Shown: positions 9,426 through 19,752, counted from the first letter of the stretch. The stretch is 64,000 nt of DNA from Anaerolineales bacterium (GCA_040882365.1 JBBEBI010000028.1:34511-98510), one strand, 5' to 3'. Program-made: numbers and translations. Notes: generated by a model not told the origin, from the sequence alone.

Positions 9426-10457
9426 CTAAGGCCCCCAGCGCGGCTGCCAATCGCAAATATCATTGTCCGTCAGCCGCCGCACATCGCTGCCATCCACGCG
9501 CATGATGTAGATCTCGCAGCCCAAATCCTCGCGCGGGTGATCCCGGTAGGACATGAAGGCGATCCAGAGCCCATCGGGCGAAAAACTTGGCGCAAGGTTA
9601 TTCAGGCCATCCGTAAGTTTCCGCAGATTTTCGCCATCTGCGTCGAAAGCGTAGATATCCCACTCCCAGGAGCTGCCCCGGTAAGTGGCCAGAGTGACCC
9701 CATCCGGCGACCAATCATTGCGCCCGCGGATGCCGCTGAAATCCGTCACCTGGCGCGCATCCGTACCGTCGGCGTTGATCATGAATAATTGCGGCGCTCC
9801 ATCCACCTCGGAGGCGAACAGGATGCGGGTGCCATCCGGCGACCAGACGGGATCCCAGGCACCACCGGCCCGGTGTGTAATCTGAGTGGGATTGCTCCCG
9901 TCGCGTTCAGCGATCCATAGATTGTGGCTAAGCGGGTAGCCGACGCCATCGTGTGTGGCATAAAAAACAATATGCGAATTGTCTGGAGAGGCCTCGGGGG
10001 CATGGGCGCTATCCGTAGCGAGGTCGGTCAATGGAATTACATCGCCGCTGGCCACATCGACTTCATAGACCTGGTAGCGGCCTGTGCGGTTCGAAACGAA
10101 CAACACGGAACTACCGTCGGGTGACACCGATGGAAAATAATCGTCATAGTTGCCGCCGGGCGTAAGCACGCGTTGTCCGCTGCCATCTGCATTGATTATG
10201 CATATTTGGTTCTTGCCCATGCGTTCGCTGTACTGGCATACGTATGCGATCTTACCGCTGGGGCCGACAGCAAGATCCGGAGTGTCCGTTGGGGCTAGGG
10301 CAGGCGGCGTGGGACTGGCCAGCGGCCTGGCGGCCAGCGTGGCGGCCATGGCCGTCTGCACAGGATTGACCGGCTGAGTTCCCCCGCAAGCCGAAAGCAG
10401 AGGCAGCAGGAGGCCGGCAACAGCGAGCCCGGTCAGGCGGAGGCGAAGAGTACCCAT
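9426..10457 (-). CDS. TolB-like PD40 beta-propeller lipoprotein
   Basis: Lipobox LSAC; repeated PxxSPDG motifs. Start uncertain. Confidence 0.85.
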   Translation of the reverse strand: MGTLRLRLTGLAVAGLLLPLLSACGGTQPVNPVQTAMAATLAARPLASPTPPALAPTDTPDLAVGPSGKIAYVCQYSERMGKNQICIINADGSGQRVLTPGGNYDDYFPSVSPDGSSVLFVSNRTGRYQVYEVDVASGDVIPLTDLATDSAHAPEASPDNSHIVFYATHDGVGYPLSHNLWIAERDGSNPTQITHRAGGAWDPVWSPDGTRILFASEVDGAPQLFMINADGTDARQVTDFSGIRGRNDWSPDGVTLATYRGSSWEWDIYAFDADGENLRKLTDGLNNLAPSFSPDGLWIAFMSYRDHPREDLGCEIYIMRVDGSDVRRLTDNDICDWQPRWGP

Positions 10458-10948
10458 ACGAACCATAACCCGATCATCGATAGGCCCAGCAAAAACCGCG
10501 CCACAAATGACCACCCCCAACCGATCAGCATGCCGCGCGTGACCATCCAGGCCAGGTGGGAATCCTTGTTACGGTAATACTCGGAAGCATACAGCAGAAC
10601 CGGCGCACCCAGCAATCCGCCAAAAGGCGGAAACATGAAGGTCCCGATAACACCACCGCTAAAGGCGAAGGCCAGGCTCCACCACGAGGCGCCGTTCTTG
10701 CGGGCCGCGGCGGCCATGAAGATGTCATCCACCACGATGCCCACAATCATCAGGCCGGTAATGACAAGAAAGAGAAGGAGGCCGAAACCACTGAGGCCAT
10801 TCACCAGCCCGTAAACAAGGATGGCCAGCCAAATGACGAAGCCGCCCGGAAAGATGGGGATGACCATGCCGAACAGGCCAAACAGCATGACGACCAACAG
10901 GAAGGCATTGGTCAGGCCGGAGATCAGGGAAGCAAGCCAATCAGGCAT
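10433..10948 (-). CDS. DUF456 (YqgC-like) membrane protein
   Basis: GMVIPIFPG, GASWWS, GGVIGTFMFPPFGGLLG; hydrophobic throughout. Confidence 0.8.
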   Translation of the reverse strand: MPDWLASLISGLTNAFLLVVMLFGLFGMVIPIFPGGFVIWLAILVYGLVNGLSGFGLLLFLVITGLMIVGIVVDDIFMAAAARKNGASWWSLAFAFSGGVIGTFMFPPFGGLLGAPVLLYASEYYRNKDSHLAWMVTRGMLIGWGWSFVARFLLGLSMIGLWFVWVLFASA

Positions 10949-10997
10949 AGGATGGGAACGCCGAAGAGTTATCCGCTTTTACAGATCGCGGCCCTGC

Positions 10998-12272
10998 CTA
11001 CTTCTCCGCCTTGATCACATCCACCCCGCCCATCCAAGGCAAGAGGACCGGAGGTACGCGCACCGAGCCATCCGGCTGCTGGTTGTTTTCCAACACGGCG
11101 ATCATGACGCGGGGCAGCGCCAACCCCGAGCCGTTCATGGTATGTACGTAGCGCGTGCCTTTGCCTGCTGAGGGGCGATAGCGGATAGCAGCCCGCCGCG
11201 CTTGATAATCCGTGACTAACGAGAGTGACGAAATTTCCAGCCATTCCTCGCAGCCGGCTGCCCAGGCTTCGATGTCGTAGCTGATCACAGAGGCTTCCGA
11301 GATATCTCCGGCGGCCTTGAGCAACAAGCGATAGGGCAAGTTCAGCGCTTGGCAGGTGGCTTCGGCATCCGCCAGCATCTGCTCAAACTCCTGGTGCGAA
11401 GTTTCCGGCGTCGTGAATTTGTACATTTCCACCTTGTCGAACTGGTGGCCGCGCTTGATGCCGCGCACATCGCGCCCGGCGCTCATCTTTTCGCGGCGAA
11501 AGCACGCCGAATACGACGTGTAACGGCGCGGCAATGTGTCCTCTTCAAGGATCTCGTCCATATGCAGGCCGGTCAGCGTCACCTCGGAGGTAGGGATCAT
11601 GTACAAGTCCTCTTCGTGATCCTTGTACAGATTTTCCGCAAAACGCGGCAGTTGGCCCGCGCCATACAAGGTTTGGCCGCGCACCATAAAGGGTGTGTAC
11701 TTTTCGGTGTAACCCTGGCGAGTGTGCAGGTCCAGCATCCAGGCGATCAGCGCCCGCTGCAGCCGCGCTCCCGCCCCGCTCAGAACGTAAAAGCGCGAAC
11801 CAGTCAGCTTGACTCCTTGGTCGAAATCGAGGATGCCAAGCTGCGGGCCAAGGTCCCAATGGGCCTTAGGCTTGAAGCCGAAGGCGGGTTTCTCTCCCCA
11901 CTCTTTTTCCACCACGTTGTTCTCTTCCCCCCCGGCTGGCACGCGCTCCTCAGGGATATTGGGCAAGCCGGACATGAGGGCATCGAGCTCTTTATCCACC
12001 TCGGCCAGCTCGACTTCCAGACTATCGATCTTGTCGCCCACGGCGCGCATGGAGGCAATTCTCTTATCGCGAGTGGCTTTGTCCTGCATTGCGCCGATTT
12101 CTTTGGAAGCCGCGTTGCGCTCCGCTTTCAAGGTTTCGACCTCCACCAGAAATCGCCGGCGGCGTTCATCCAGTTCGTGAGCGCGGTCTACGGGGGCGGG
12201 GTCCATGTTGCGCTTGCGCATCCCGGCCTTCACCAGTTCAAGCTTTGTGCGAATAAGTTCAATATCCAGCAT
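10998..12272 (-). CDS. serS: Serine--tRNA ligase
   Basis: MLDIELIR start with GGAGG RBS; PTSEV, FRREK, GHQFDKVE, EISS, HTMNGSGLA. Confidence 0.97.
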   Translation of the reverse strand: MLDIELIRTKLELVKAGMRKRNMDPAPVDRAHELDERRRRFLVEVETLKAERNAASKEIGAMQDKATRDKRIASMRAVGDKIDSLEVELAEVDKELDALMSGLPNIPEERVPAGGEENNVVEKEWGEKPAFGFKPKAHWDLGPQLGILDFDQGVKLTGSRFYVLSGAGARLQRALIAWMLDLHTRQGYTEKYTPFMVRGQTLYGAGQLPRFAENLYKDHEEDLYMIPTSEVTLTGLHMDEILEEDTLPRRYTSYSACFRREKMSAGRDVRGIKRGHQFDKVEMYKFTTPETSHQEFEQMLADAEATCQALNLPYRLLLKAAGDISEASVISYDIEAWAAGCEEWLEISSLSLVTDYQARRAAIRYRPSAGKGTRYVHTMNGSGLALPRVMIAVLENNQQPDGSVRVPPVLLPWMGGVDVIKAEK

Positions 12273-12289
12273 GCTTCCTCCATAGGTAC

Positions 12290-12500
12290 AAAAACGCCCC
12301 GATCCTTTGCAGGACGGGGGCGCCGTGGTGCCACCTGCATTCGCCTGCGGAAACATGTTGCGCTGCGCAAGCCTCTTACTCGCGTTATCGGGCGAACCCG
12401 GAACCCTTGATGCCGGCGGGTGGAAAGCCGCTTATCCCTGCTGCCTTGCATCGACCGGCAGCTTTCTGAAGGGTTTAGGCGGAGAATTTCCGCTTAGAGT
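12290..12500 (-). promoter_or_regulatory. T-box riboswitch (Ser) leader with terminator
   Basis: T-box AATGCAGGTGGCACCACGG (12341-12323), then a GC hairpin plus U-tract. Stem I apical motif CAGAAAGCTGCC..GGCAGC. Candidate UCC specifier at 12424-12422. Extended -10 TGCTATAAT at 12515-12507. Confidence 0.88.
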
Positions 12501-12532
12501 TGATGGATTATAGCATGCGGTTTTCTGACGCC

Positions 12533-14059
12533 CTACTCTTCTCGCTTCCTTAAATGCGGGAACAAGATCACCTCACGGATGTTGGGTTGGTCGGTGAAGA
12601 GCATGGTGAGCCGGTCAATGCCCATGCCGAAGCCACCATTGGGCGGCATGCCGTAGCGCATGGCGCGCAGATAATCCGCGTCCATAGGGTTGAAGCCCTC
12701 TTCGTCCGTCTTCATCGTACGGCTCATTTCGTCGAAGCGCGCCAACTGGTCCAGCGGATCATTCAGTTCAGTGAAGGCGTTGCAGATCTCGAAGCCGCCC
12801 ATGAATCCCTCGAAGCGCTCTACGATTTGCGAGTCTGCGGGCGTGCTCTTGGCCAGCGGAGAGATCTCGCGCGGATAATCGTAGAGAAAAGTCGGTTGGA
12901 TGAGGCGCGGCTCTACCTGGCTTCCCACCAGATCGTCGATAAGCTTGCCGCGCGAAGCGCCAGGCGGGATGTTGTACTTCTTAGCCGCCATGGCCACCGC
13001 CAGGCTGGCGGCATCCGGACATTCGTCGAGGTTGATAGCGGCGAATTCTTGCACGGCTTCCTTGAGTTCGATGCGCGGCCATTCGTTGTTCAGCTCGATC
13101 TCGTTCCCTTGGAAACTGATCTTAGTGCCGCCCAGGACCTGCTTGCTGGTGAAGAGCAGCATCTCCTCGGTAAACTCCATCACCCGCCGGTAATCGGCAT
13201 AGGCCATGTAGAACTCGAGCATGGTGAATTCCGGATTGTGTTTGCGCGACACGCCCTCATTCCGAAAATCCCGGCCGATCTCGTAGACGCGTTCGATGCC
13301 GCCCACCAGCAGACGCTTGAGATACAACTCGAACGAAATGCGCAAGTAGAGTTCCTGTTTGAGCTGGTTGTGAAAGGTAGTGAAAGGCCGGGCCGCGGCG
13401 CCGCCGTAAACGGGTTGCAATACGGGGGTTTCCACTTCCAGGAAGCCGTGGCTATCCATGAACTCGCGCAGGGCGCGGGTGATGGCCGCCCGCACGCGGA
13501 AGATCTCGCGCACCTGGGGGTTGACTGCCAGGTCGGCATAGCGCTGCCGGTAGCGCGTCTCTGGGTCCGAGAGCGTAGCGTGGCGCACCACTTCGCCATT
13601 AACTTCCTCATCCTTGGCGGCCGGTAACGGGGTGATCGCCTTGGCGATTATGCGGAATTCCGACACATTCAGGCTGGCCTCGCCGGCCTTGGTGCGGAAC
13701 ATCTCGCCGCTAGCCTGCACGAAATCGCCCAGATCGAAGTTTTCCCGGAACAGTGCCATCTGCTCTTCGCCGAGGGTATCGGCGCGCAAGAACAACTGGA
13801 GGCGGCCATGGCCGTCTTCGATGTGGGCGAAGGTGATCTTGCCCATCAAGCGGATCGAGCGGATACGACCCACAACCATCGCCTTGACTGGCTTGGCTTT
13901 CTTCTTTTTTTCGTTGGCTTCAAAAACCTGAGTCGCCTCGGCGGTGGTGTGGCTGCGCTCTACCCGTTGCGGAAAAGGCTCGATTCCCCGGGCGCGCAGG
14001 TTGTGCAGCTTCTCCAGCCGCGTGCGCTCGATTTCTGAGTATTCGCGAGTATCGTCCAT
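12533..14059 (-). CDS. lysS: Lysine--tRNA ligase (class II)
   Basis: [30 protein letters not shown]...[21 protein letters not shown]. Confidence 0.97.
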   Translation of the reverse strand: MDDTREYSEIERTRLEKLHNLRARGIEPFPQRVERSHTTAEATQVFEANEKKKKAKPVKAMVVGRIRSIRLMGKITFAHIEDGHGRLQLFLRADTLGEEQMALFRENFDLGDFVQASGEMFRTKAGEASLNVSEFRIIAKAITPLPAAKDEEVNGEVVRHATLSDPETRYRQRYADLAVNPQVREIFRVRAAITRALREFMDSHGFLEVETPVLQPVYGGAAARPFTTFHNQLKQELYLRISFELYLKRLLVGGIERVYEIGRDFRNEGVSRKHNPEFTMLEFYMAYADYRRVMEFTEEMLLFTSKQVLGGTKISFQGNEIELNNEWPRIELKEAVQEFAAINLDECPDAASLAVAMAAKKYNIPPGASRGKLIDDLVGSQVEPRLIQPTFLYDYPREISPLAKSTPADSQIVERFEGFMGGFEICNAFTELNDPLDQLARFDEMSRTMKTDEEGFNPMDADYLRAMRYGMPPNGGFGMGIDRLTMLFTDQPNIREVILFPHLRKREE

Positions 14060-14084
14060 ATCGTCCTTGTTCGAGATTATATAG

Positions 14085-14120
14085 AAAAAAGCCCGTGCAC
14101 TGTTGTAAGGCACGGGCTTT
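14085..14120 (-). terminator. Intrinsic terminator after greA
   Basis: AAAGCCCGTGC...GCACGGGCTTTTTT on the minus strand; a TATAAT follows that could drive lysS. Confidence 0.8.
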
Positions 14121-14140
14121 GGTTCGCTGCAAGCGTCTGC

Positions 14141-14617
14141 TTAGTCTACGTTCATTACCTTCACGGAGAAGGCTCCGGAGGGCGCCTGGATATCCACCTT
14201 GTCGCCCTCTTTCTTGCCCAACAGGGCGCGCCCCAGCGGCGATTCGTGGGAGATCTTGCCCTCGCGCGGGTTGGCTTCGGCGGCGCCGACGATCAAATAT
14301 TCCTCCGGCTTGCGTCGCCCCTGCTGGATGGTGACCTTGGAACCGACCTCGATAGCCCCACCCTTCTTCTTGCCACGATGCTCCTCGATCAAGGTGGCGT
14401 TCGCCAGGATCATCTCGAGCTCTTTGATGCGGCCCTCGACAAAGGACTGCTCATTCTTGGCCGCCTCGAACTCCGGGTCTTCGACGAATTCGCCCAGGCT
14501 ATTCTCGGCCGCCTCGCGCAGGCGTTCCGCAATCTCTTTGCGGCGCACATTGCGCAAGTTGTCCAGTTCATCCTGGAGTTTCTTGTAACCTTCTTTAGTT
14601 AGATATTCGGTTGCCAT
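14141..14617 (-). CDS. greA: Transcription elongation factor GreA
   Basis: YLTKEGYKKL, EAAKNEQSFVEGRI, ISHESPLGRALLG. Confidence 0.95.
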   Translation of the reverse strand: MATEYLTKEGYKKLQDELDNLRNVRRKEIAERLREAAENSLGEFVEDPEFEAAKNEQSFVEGRIKELEMILANATLIEEHRGKKKGGAIEVGSKVTIQQGRRKPEEYLIVGAAEANPREGKISHESPLGRALLGKKEGDKVDIQAPSGAFSVKVMNVD

Positions 14618-14670
14618 TCTATTGCCTCGCGAACAGGGTGGTCTTTCCACCCAGGGCACTCGTTTCCTAT

Positions 14671-14752
14671 AAAAAAACCTTGCTGTGGGCAGGCTTCCCC
14701 CAAGCCAAGCCGACAGCGGCGATACTATAGCATATATAAGGGGCAAAAGCAA
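14671..14752 (-). promoter_or_regulatory. greA promoter and leader hairpin/U-tract attenuator
   Basis: TTGCTT (14752-14747), 17 bp, TATAGT (14729-14724). A long hairpin follows immediately, then T7 (14677-14671). Confidence 0.65.
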
Positions 14753-14815
14753 GAACGAATGTTCACTGAGCAAGGCTGGGCATAATCGAATCGGGTTGAT
14801 GATAAACTCAGCCCC

Positions 14816-15205
14816 GTGGAATTTTTCACGCAAACCGATCCGGTCAAGCGTTTACGAGTACGCTATGTGCTGATCGCTATCGTCCTGGCCACCTTGCCGT
14901 GCTATCTAACCGGCTACATCGCCGCCCAAGTGCGCCTCAGCCAGACGGCCACGCCCACCGCAAGCATCACCCCCACCTCCAGCCTCACGCCTAGCGCGAC
15001 AACTACAGCGACAGCTACGACCACGCTCACGAGCACACCAACCAACACGGCGACTGCCACGGCCACGCCCACCGCCACCCAAACGTTCACTGCGACCAAC
15101 ACGCCAACGCCAACATCCACCTACACTCCAACATTCACCCCGACGAACACATTCACCGCTACACCGCTACCCAGCGACACCCCCTCGGAAACGCCCACGC
15201 CGTAA
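14816..15205 (+). CDS. Membrane-anchored Thr/Pro-rich hypothetical protein
   Basis: One TM helix (IVLATLPCYLTG) followed by a TP/TA low-complexity tail. Confidence 0.7.
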   Translation: MEFFTQTDPVKRLRVRYVLIAIVLATLPCYLTGYIAAQVRLSQTATPTASITPTSSLTPSATTTATATTTLTSTPTNTATATATPTATQTFTATNTPTPTSTYTPTFTPTNTFTATPLPSDTPSETPTP

Positions 15206-15234
15206 ACACGGGCGCCTGCGATACAATGACTCGC

Positions 15235-16536
15235 ATGCGCCCTTTCCCCACCGAGGGTCTTTTCCCGAAACTGCGACTCATTTTAGCGATCGCTTTCATC
15301 CTTGGGGCCTGCGCGGTTCCTCCCTGGCTCAGTCCTGAAGTGACTGAGGAACCAGGTGCTCCAACCGTTCAACCTGCCACTCCTACTCCTGACAATTCCA
15401 CGTCCACCGCGGGTGCGACCATTATTACGGTCTGGGTGCCGCCTGGCTTCGACCCGGGCGGCGGAAGCCCGGCGGCCAGCTTGCTGCAGACCCGCTTTGA
15501 TGAATTCGCAGAACAGCATCCCCAGTTGCGCATCGAAGCGCGGGTCAAAGCTGAAAGCGGGACCGGGGGCTTGCTCGATTCTCTTGTGAATGCCAAAGTG
15601 GCGGCACCGCTCGCCCTGCCCGATCTGGTACTGATGCCGCACACGCAGCTGTCCAACGCCGCGCAGATCGAAATTCTGCTGCCGTTGACAGACCTGAGCG
15701 AAGAAGAGGCCTCAGACGACTGGTACGGTTTCGCAACCGAGATGACTGAAGTTGACGGCGTGCCTTTCGGCTTGCCGTTTGCCGGGGACGCGCTGGTATT
15801 GGCCTATCGGCCGACGGCGTTGACCCAGGTGCCAGCCACCTGGGAGGCCCTCCTTGAGGGGGGACTTCAGTTGGGTTTTGCCGCCGCCGACCCGAGCGCC
15901 GTTTTCACACTCACTAAACTTAGCAACACCAATGCTGCCTCCGAAGGGGTTGGCGCCGGTCTCCTTTTCTCCTCGCAAACCCTTACTTCTGTTTTTGAAT
16001 TCTTCGCCAACGGAGAGGAAGCCGGTGTCTTTCCGTTCTGGTTGAGCCAATACCAAACAAACGAGCAAAGCTGGCAGGCCTTTACCGAAGGCCGCGTTCC
16101 CATGGTTGCGGCCTGGACCAGCCGGGTCTTCGATACCCGTAATGTGGATATCCTGGGCGCCCCTCTGCCGAGCAACGATGGCGACCCTTACACTCTGGTG
16201 AAAGGATGGGCCTGGGCGGTTTCCTCACCTCAGACGGAACGCCAAGCGCTTGCGATGGAATTGGCGGAGTTCCTCACTACACCCGAATTCATCGCCCAAT
16301 GGACTGCGGCGGCCGGCATGCTGCCAACCCGCCACAGCTCGCTGGCAGCTTGGCCGCCGGACGACAAACAGGCGTTGTCCAGCCAGATCGCCGATGGCGC
16401 GGCGGCTTTGCCCGATGAAGCCGTCCTGGATGTATGGGGGCCAGCGCTTTCGGAGGCCGTGGTTGCCCTGCTGAAACAGGAAATGACCGCGGAAGAGGCG
16501 GCGCAATACGTAATAAATGCCGTTTCCGGTCAATAG
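15235..16536 (+). CDS. ABC-type extracellular solute-binding lipoprotein (sugar-binding family 1-like), orphan
   Basis: Lipobox LGAC; LPDLVL, GLPFAGDALVLAYR, GWAWAV, EFLTTPEF. Start 15226 or 15235. Confidence 0.85.
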   Translation: MRPFPTEGLFPKLRLILAIAFILGACAVPPWLSPEVTEEPGAPTVQPATPTPDNSTSTAGATIITVWVPPGFDPGGGSPAASLLQTRFDEFAEQHPQLRIEARVKAESGTGGLLDSLVNAKVAAPLALPDLVLMPHTQLSNAAQIEILLPLTDLSEEEASDDWYGFATEMTEVDGVPFGLPFAGDALVLAYRPTALTQVPATWEALLEGGLQLGFAAADPSAVFTLTKLSNTNAASEGVGAGLLFSSQTLTSVFEFFANGEEAGVFPFWLSQYQTNEQSWQAFTEGRVPMVAAWTSRVFDTRNVDILGAPLPSNDGDPYTLVKGWAWAVSSPQTERQALAMELAEFLTTPEFIAQWTAAAGMLPTRHSSLAAWPPDDKQALSSQIADGAAALPDEAVLDVWGPALSEAVVALLKQEMTAEEAAQYVINAVSGQ

Positions 16537-16612
16537 GCCTGCTCTACACCCGTTAATTTGGCCTGCTTGACGATGGGTTTTGCGGATGATACTATCGCCG
16601 CCGGTATTCTAA

Positions 16613-17842
16613 ATGCCTGACAAAACCAAAGTCCCTAATCCCGCACCCACCCAAACCCAGGAACAAAACCCAAAGCCTCCGGCTTCTTCCAGCCAGGTGG
16701 ACGCTTGGCTGGCCCGAATTACCCGAGGTAGGATCCCTTTGCGCTGGGCGCGTTATGGCGGCGTAGCTGTTTTGGTGGTCTTTGCTCTGCTGATAACCGG
16801 TGTAATGCGCAACTTTGCCGCCGGCGTGCAGCAGCAACAACAAGACGAGCTGCGCGCCACGGCGATGGCCTTGGCCCTGCCCACGATCGAATCTGTAACC
16901 GGAGGGGAAGCCAGCGCCCTGATGCCAGAGCTCTCCGATGCCGCCTCCCCATTCGCTGAGGGCATCCCGCGTCTGGCCTCGCTGGATACCATCATCCCCA
17001 GCCGCCCGCGCGTCGATATCGAAACTTACACCGTCGTCCCTGGAGACACACTCTTTGGAATCGCCGACCGCTATGGTGTAAAGGCCGAAAGCATCTTGTG
17101 GTTTAACTTCGAGGTCTTGCGGGACAATCCCAACTTCCTGGAACCCGGCCAAATCCTGAACATCCCGCCTGTAGATGGCGTGCTGCACACCTACCGCGTC
17201 GGCGAGAGCCTTGCCTCAATCGCCGATCAATATGATTACAGCACGGAGCCTACCGCCCAGGACATCCTGGAATGGCCTGGAAACCACCTCGACCCGTACG
17301 AGACTAACCCAGAGAACCCAAATATCCCGGATGGAATGGTAATTGTTGTCCCGAATGGTTCGCGTCTGCTAAGAGACTGGGGCCCGCCCGCCATCAGCCG
17401 CGATAACCCGGCCGTGGCTGCCTATTACGGCCCCGGAGCCTGCGGAGCCATCGGCGAAGGGGCTATAGGGAACGGATCCTTCGTCTGGCCCTCTGTGAAC
17501 CGCACGCTATCAGGGTTCGATTACAATCCCCCGCTGCACCCAGCCATCGACATTGCCGGCGCGGAAGGCACGCCGGTCTATGCTGTGGATGGCGGTGTGG
17601 TAGTGTATGCCGGGTGGAGCAATTCGGGCTATGGGAATTTGTTGGTAATCGACCATGGCACCGGCTGGCAATCGGCCTACGCCCACTTGAATAGCGTGGC
17701 AGTCAGCTGTGGGCAAAACGTCAGCCAAGGCGGCACTGTGGGTACGATCGGAAACACCGGTAATTCAAGTGGCGCCCACTTACATTTCGAGTTGCTCAGC
17801 TTCCTCTATGGCAAAGTAAATCCCTTGGATTTCTTGCAGTAG
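16613..17842 (+). CDS. LysM and M23 peptidase domain protein
   Basis: YTVVPGDTLFGIADRYGV LysM; HPAIDI, SAYAHL, GNSSGAHLHFE M23 motifs. Confidence 0.92.
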   Translation: MPDKTKVPNPAPTQTQEQNPKPPASSSQVDAWLARITRGRIPLRWARYGGVAVLVVFALLITGVMRNFAAGVQQQQQDELRATAMALALPTIESVTGGEASALMPELSDAASPFAEGIPRLASLDTIIPSRPRVDIETYTVVPGDTLFGIADRYGVKAESILWFNFEVLRDNPNFLEPGQILNIPPVDGVLHTYRVGESLASIADQYDYSTEPTAQDILEWPGNHLDPYETNPENPNIPDGMVIVVPNGSRLLRDWGPPAISRDNPAVAAYYGPGACGAIGEGAIGNGSFVWPSVNRTLSGFDYNPPLHPAIDIAGAEGTPVYAVDGGVVVYAGWSNSGYGNLLVIDHGTGWQSAYAHLNSVAVSCGQNVSQGGTVGTIGNTGNSSGAHLHFELLSFLYGKVNPLDFLQ

Positions 17843-17848
17843 TGATAG

Positions 17849-17881
17849 AAAACCCGGCCATTTTCCATGGCGGGGTTGTTA
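17849..17881 (+). terminator. Probable intrinsic terminator
   Basis: AACCCGGCCA...TGGCGGGGTT hairpin just after the stop codon. Confidence 0.5.
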
Positions 17882-17931
17882 TTGCGTCTTGTGTACTATG
17901 ATGGGAATAATTCGCCAAATAGGAGGACCAC

Positions 17932-18309
17932 ATGCTTACTAAAGCATTCATCATGGCAACCATCCCCGCCGAAAACCTGCAACGCGCCATCAAATTCTAC
18001 AAAGATACGCTCGGCCTTAAACAGGTGGAGGCACCTGAGGGTTCAGCCACCTTCGAAGCCGGCGACGGCAGCACGATCTTTATGTATGAGCGCGCCCGCA
18101 CCAAGGCCGAGCATACGGCCATCACCTTTCTGGTCAAGGATGTAGAAAAAACCGTCAATGAGCTGACTGCCAAGGGGGTTAAATTCGAGCAATACGATAT
18201 GCCAGGGATCAAGACCAACGAAATGGGCATCGCGGACATGGATGGCACGAAGCTGGCCTGGCTCACTGACACTGAAGGCAACATCCTCGCCATCGCTCCC
18301 ACAGCCTAA
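17932..18309 (+). CDS. VOC/glyoxalase family protein
   Basis: RAIKFYKDTLGL, FLVKDVE, AWLTDTEGNIL; AGGAGG RBS. Confidence 0.9.
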   Translation: MLTKAFIMATIPAENLQRAIKFYKDTLGLKQVEAPEGSATFEAGDGSTIFMYERARTKAEHTAITFLVKDVEKTVNELTAKGVKFEQYDMPGIKTNEMGIADMDGTKLAWLTDTEGNILAIAPTA

Positions 18310-18320
18310 AAGGCGTCGTC

Positions 18321-18349
18321 TTGCTCGGGGTATTTCAGGGTGCTATAAT
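18321..18349 (+). promoter_or_regulatory. Sigma70-type promoter for tRNA-Val
   Basis: TTGCTC, 17 bp, (TGC)TATAAT. Confidence 0.75.
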
Positions 18350-18374
18350 CTCGGCTCACAAAAGCTGCCTCGAC

Positions 18375-18448
<74 letters not shown>

Positions 18449-18484
18449 CTCGATCGGTTGACAATAGGCAATGACGGTAACTAG

Positions 18485-18512
18485 AAGAAGGCCACCCCAG
18501 GATGGCCTTCTT
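18485..18512. terminator. Bidirectional terminator
   Basis: AAGAAGGCCA...TGGCCTTCTT inverted repeat between convergent transcripts. Confidence 0.7.
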
Positions 18513-18519
18513 GATCTGG

Positions 18520-19752
18520 TCAGCTATTTGCCATGACCAACTTTTTGTAAATCCCCTCAATTCCCATTGCAGCCCGTTCCCAGGAATACTTTTCGGCTTC
18601 CCGCCGCGCTGCCTGCCCCATCTTTTCTAACAGTTCTTCGTTGGCCAGCAACTCAACCAGCCTTCCTGCCAATTCGCCGGGGTTGCCTTCCTGCACATGG
18701 AAACCCGTGAGGCCGTCCTGCACCAAGTAGGCCAGCCCTCCAACACGCGAGGCTACCACCGGCCGGCCGCAGGCCATCGCCTCGAGCGCCACCATGCCGA
18801 ACGATTCGGAATACGAGGGCATCACCACCACATCCGCGGCGGCGTAGTAGCTGGGCAGGTCTCGCTGGCGTCGGCTGCCCAGGAATTCGATGAAGTTTTG
18901 CATGCCCAGCTCACGGGCCAAGGTGCGCAGGCGGGCCATCTCGCTCTCCAATATTTCCAAGTCTTCTTCCACATCGCCGCCCACGACTCGGACACGAAAC
19001 TTTCTGCCGCCCGGAGATCCTTGGCTAGACATCAAATGCGCGGCGCGGATCAGGGTGTCGATCCCCTTCAACGCTTCAATGCGCCCGACGAATAGCAGCA
19101 GGCTTTCGTCCGCGGCCAACCCAAGTTCCTCCCGCGCTTGCTTCTTGTCTAGTGGCCGGAATAGATCCAAATCGACTCCGGGGGGCACCACGCAGATGCG
19201 GTCAGTGTGCACCTCATACAACCATTGCAGGTCCGCCTGCTCGGCCGGTGTGGCAGCCACCACCATGTCGGCGGCCGCCATTGCGCGCCGCTCCCCCAGG
19301 ATACGCGCATCGCTCTCACGTTCACCCAAGACGGCAATGCGATTCTTCACCAGGCCCAGAGTGTGGAACATCAGCAGCATGGGAATCTTCCAAGCCGCCT
19401 TCAGGCGCGCCCCTACCAAGCCGGACATCCAATAATGAGCGTGAATCAACTCGTATTCAATACCCTCGGCCTGTTGAAAGGATAAAACGGCGGCGGCGAA
19501 CTCGGGGATGTAGGCGGCCAACTCGTTCTTGGGAACTTCTCGTCGCGGCCCAGCCGGCAACGATATCAGGCGAACTCCCGGAGCAGTCACTTCCTCGCTG
19601 GCTGCAACGCCCCGTGTGAAGATATCGACCCGGTGGCCAATCCGCGCCAGTTGGGCGCTCAACTCTCGCACATAGACGTTCATACCTCCGCTGTGCTTGC
19701 CACCCAGCGCGGCCAACGGGCTTGTGTGGTATGAAAGCATGGCAATGTTCAC
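18520..19752 (-). CDS. GT4 glycosyltransferase, MshA-like
   Basis: HTSPL...SGGMNVY, HAHYWMSG, FVGRIEALKG, SESFGMVALEA. Confidence 0.88.
   Translation of the reverse strand: MNIAMLSYHTSPLAALGGKHSGGMNVYVRELSAQLARIGHRVDIFTRGVAASEEVTAPGVRLISLPAGPRREVPKNELAAYIPEFAAAVLSFQQAEGIEYELIHAHYWMSGLVGARLKAAWKIPMLLMFHTLGLVKNRIAVLGERESDARILGERRAMAAADMVVAATPAEQADLQWLYEVHTDRICVVPPGVDLDLFRPLDKKQAREELGLAADESLLLFVGRIEALKGIDTLIRAAHLMSSQGSPGGRKFRVRVVGGDVEEDLEILESEMARLRTLARELGMQNFIEFLGSRRQRDLPSYYAAADVVVMPSYSESFGMVALEAMACGRPVVASRVGGLAYLVQDGLTGFHVQEGNPGELAGRLVELLANEELLEKMGQAARREAEKYSWERAAMGIEGIYKKLVMANS

Noticed and set aside
14940-15200. Repetitive ACN-rich DNA as a CRISPR or tandem array
   Set aside because: Explained by a Thr/Pro-rich coding linker; no fixed repeat-spacer period and no cas genes.
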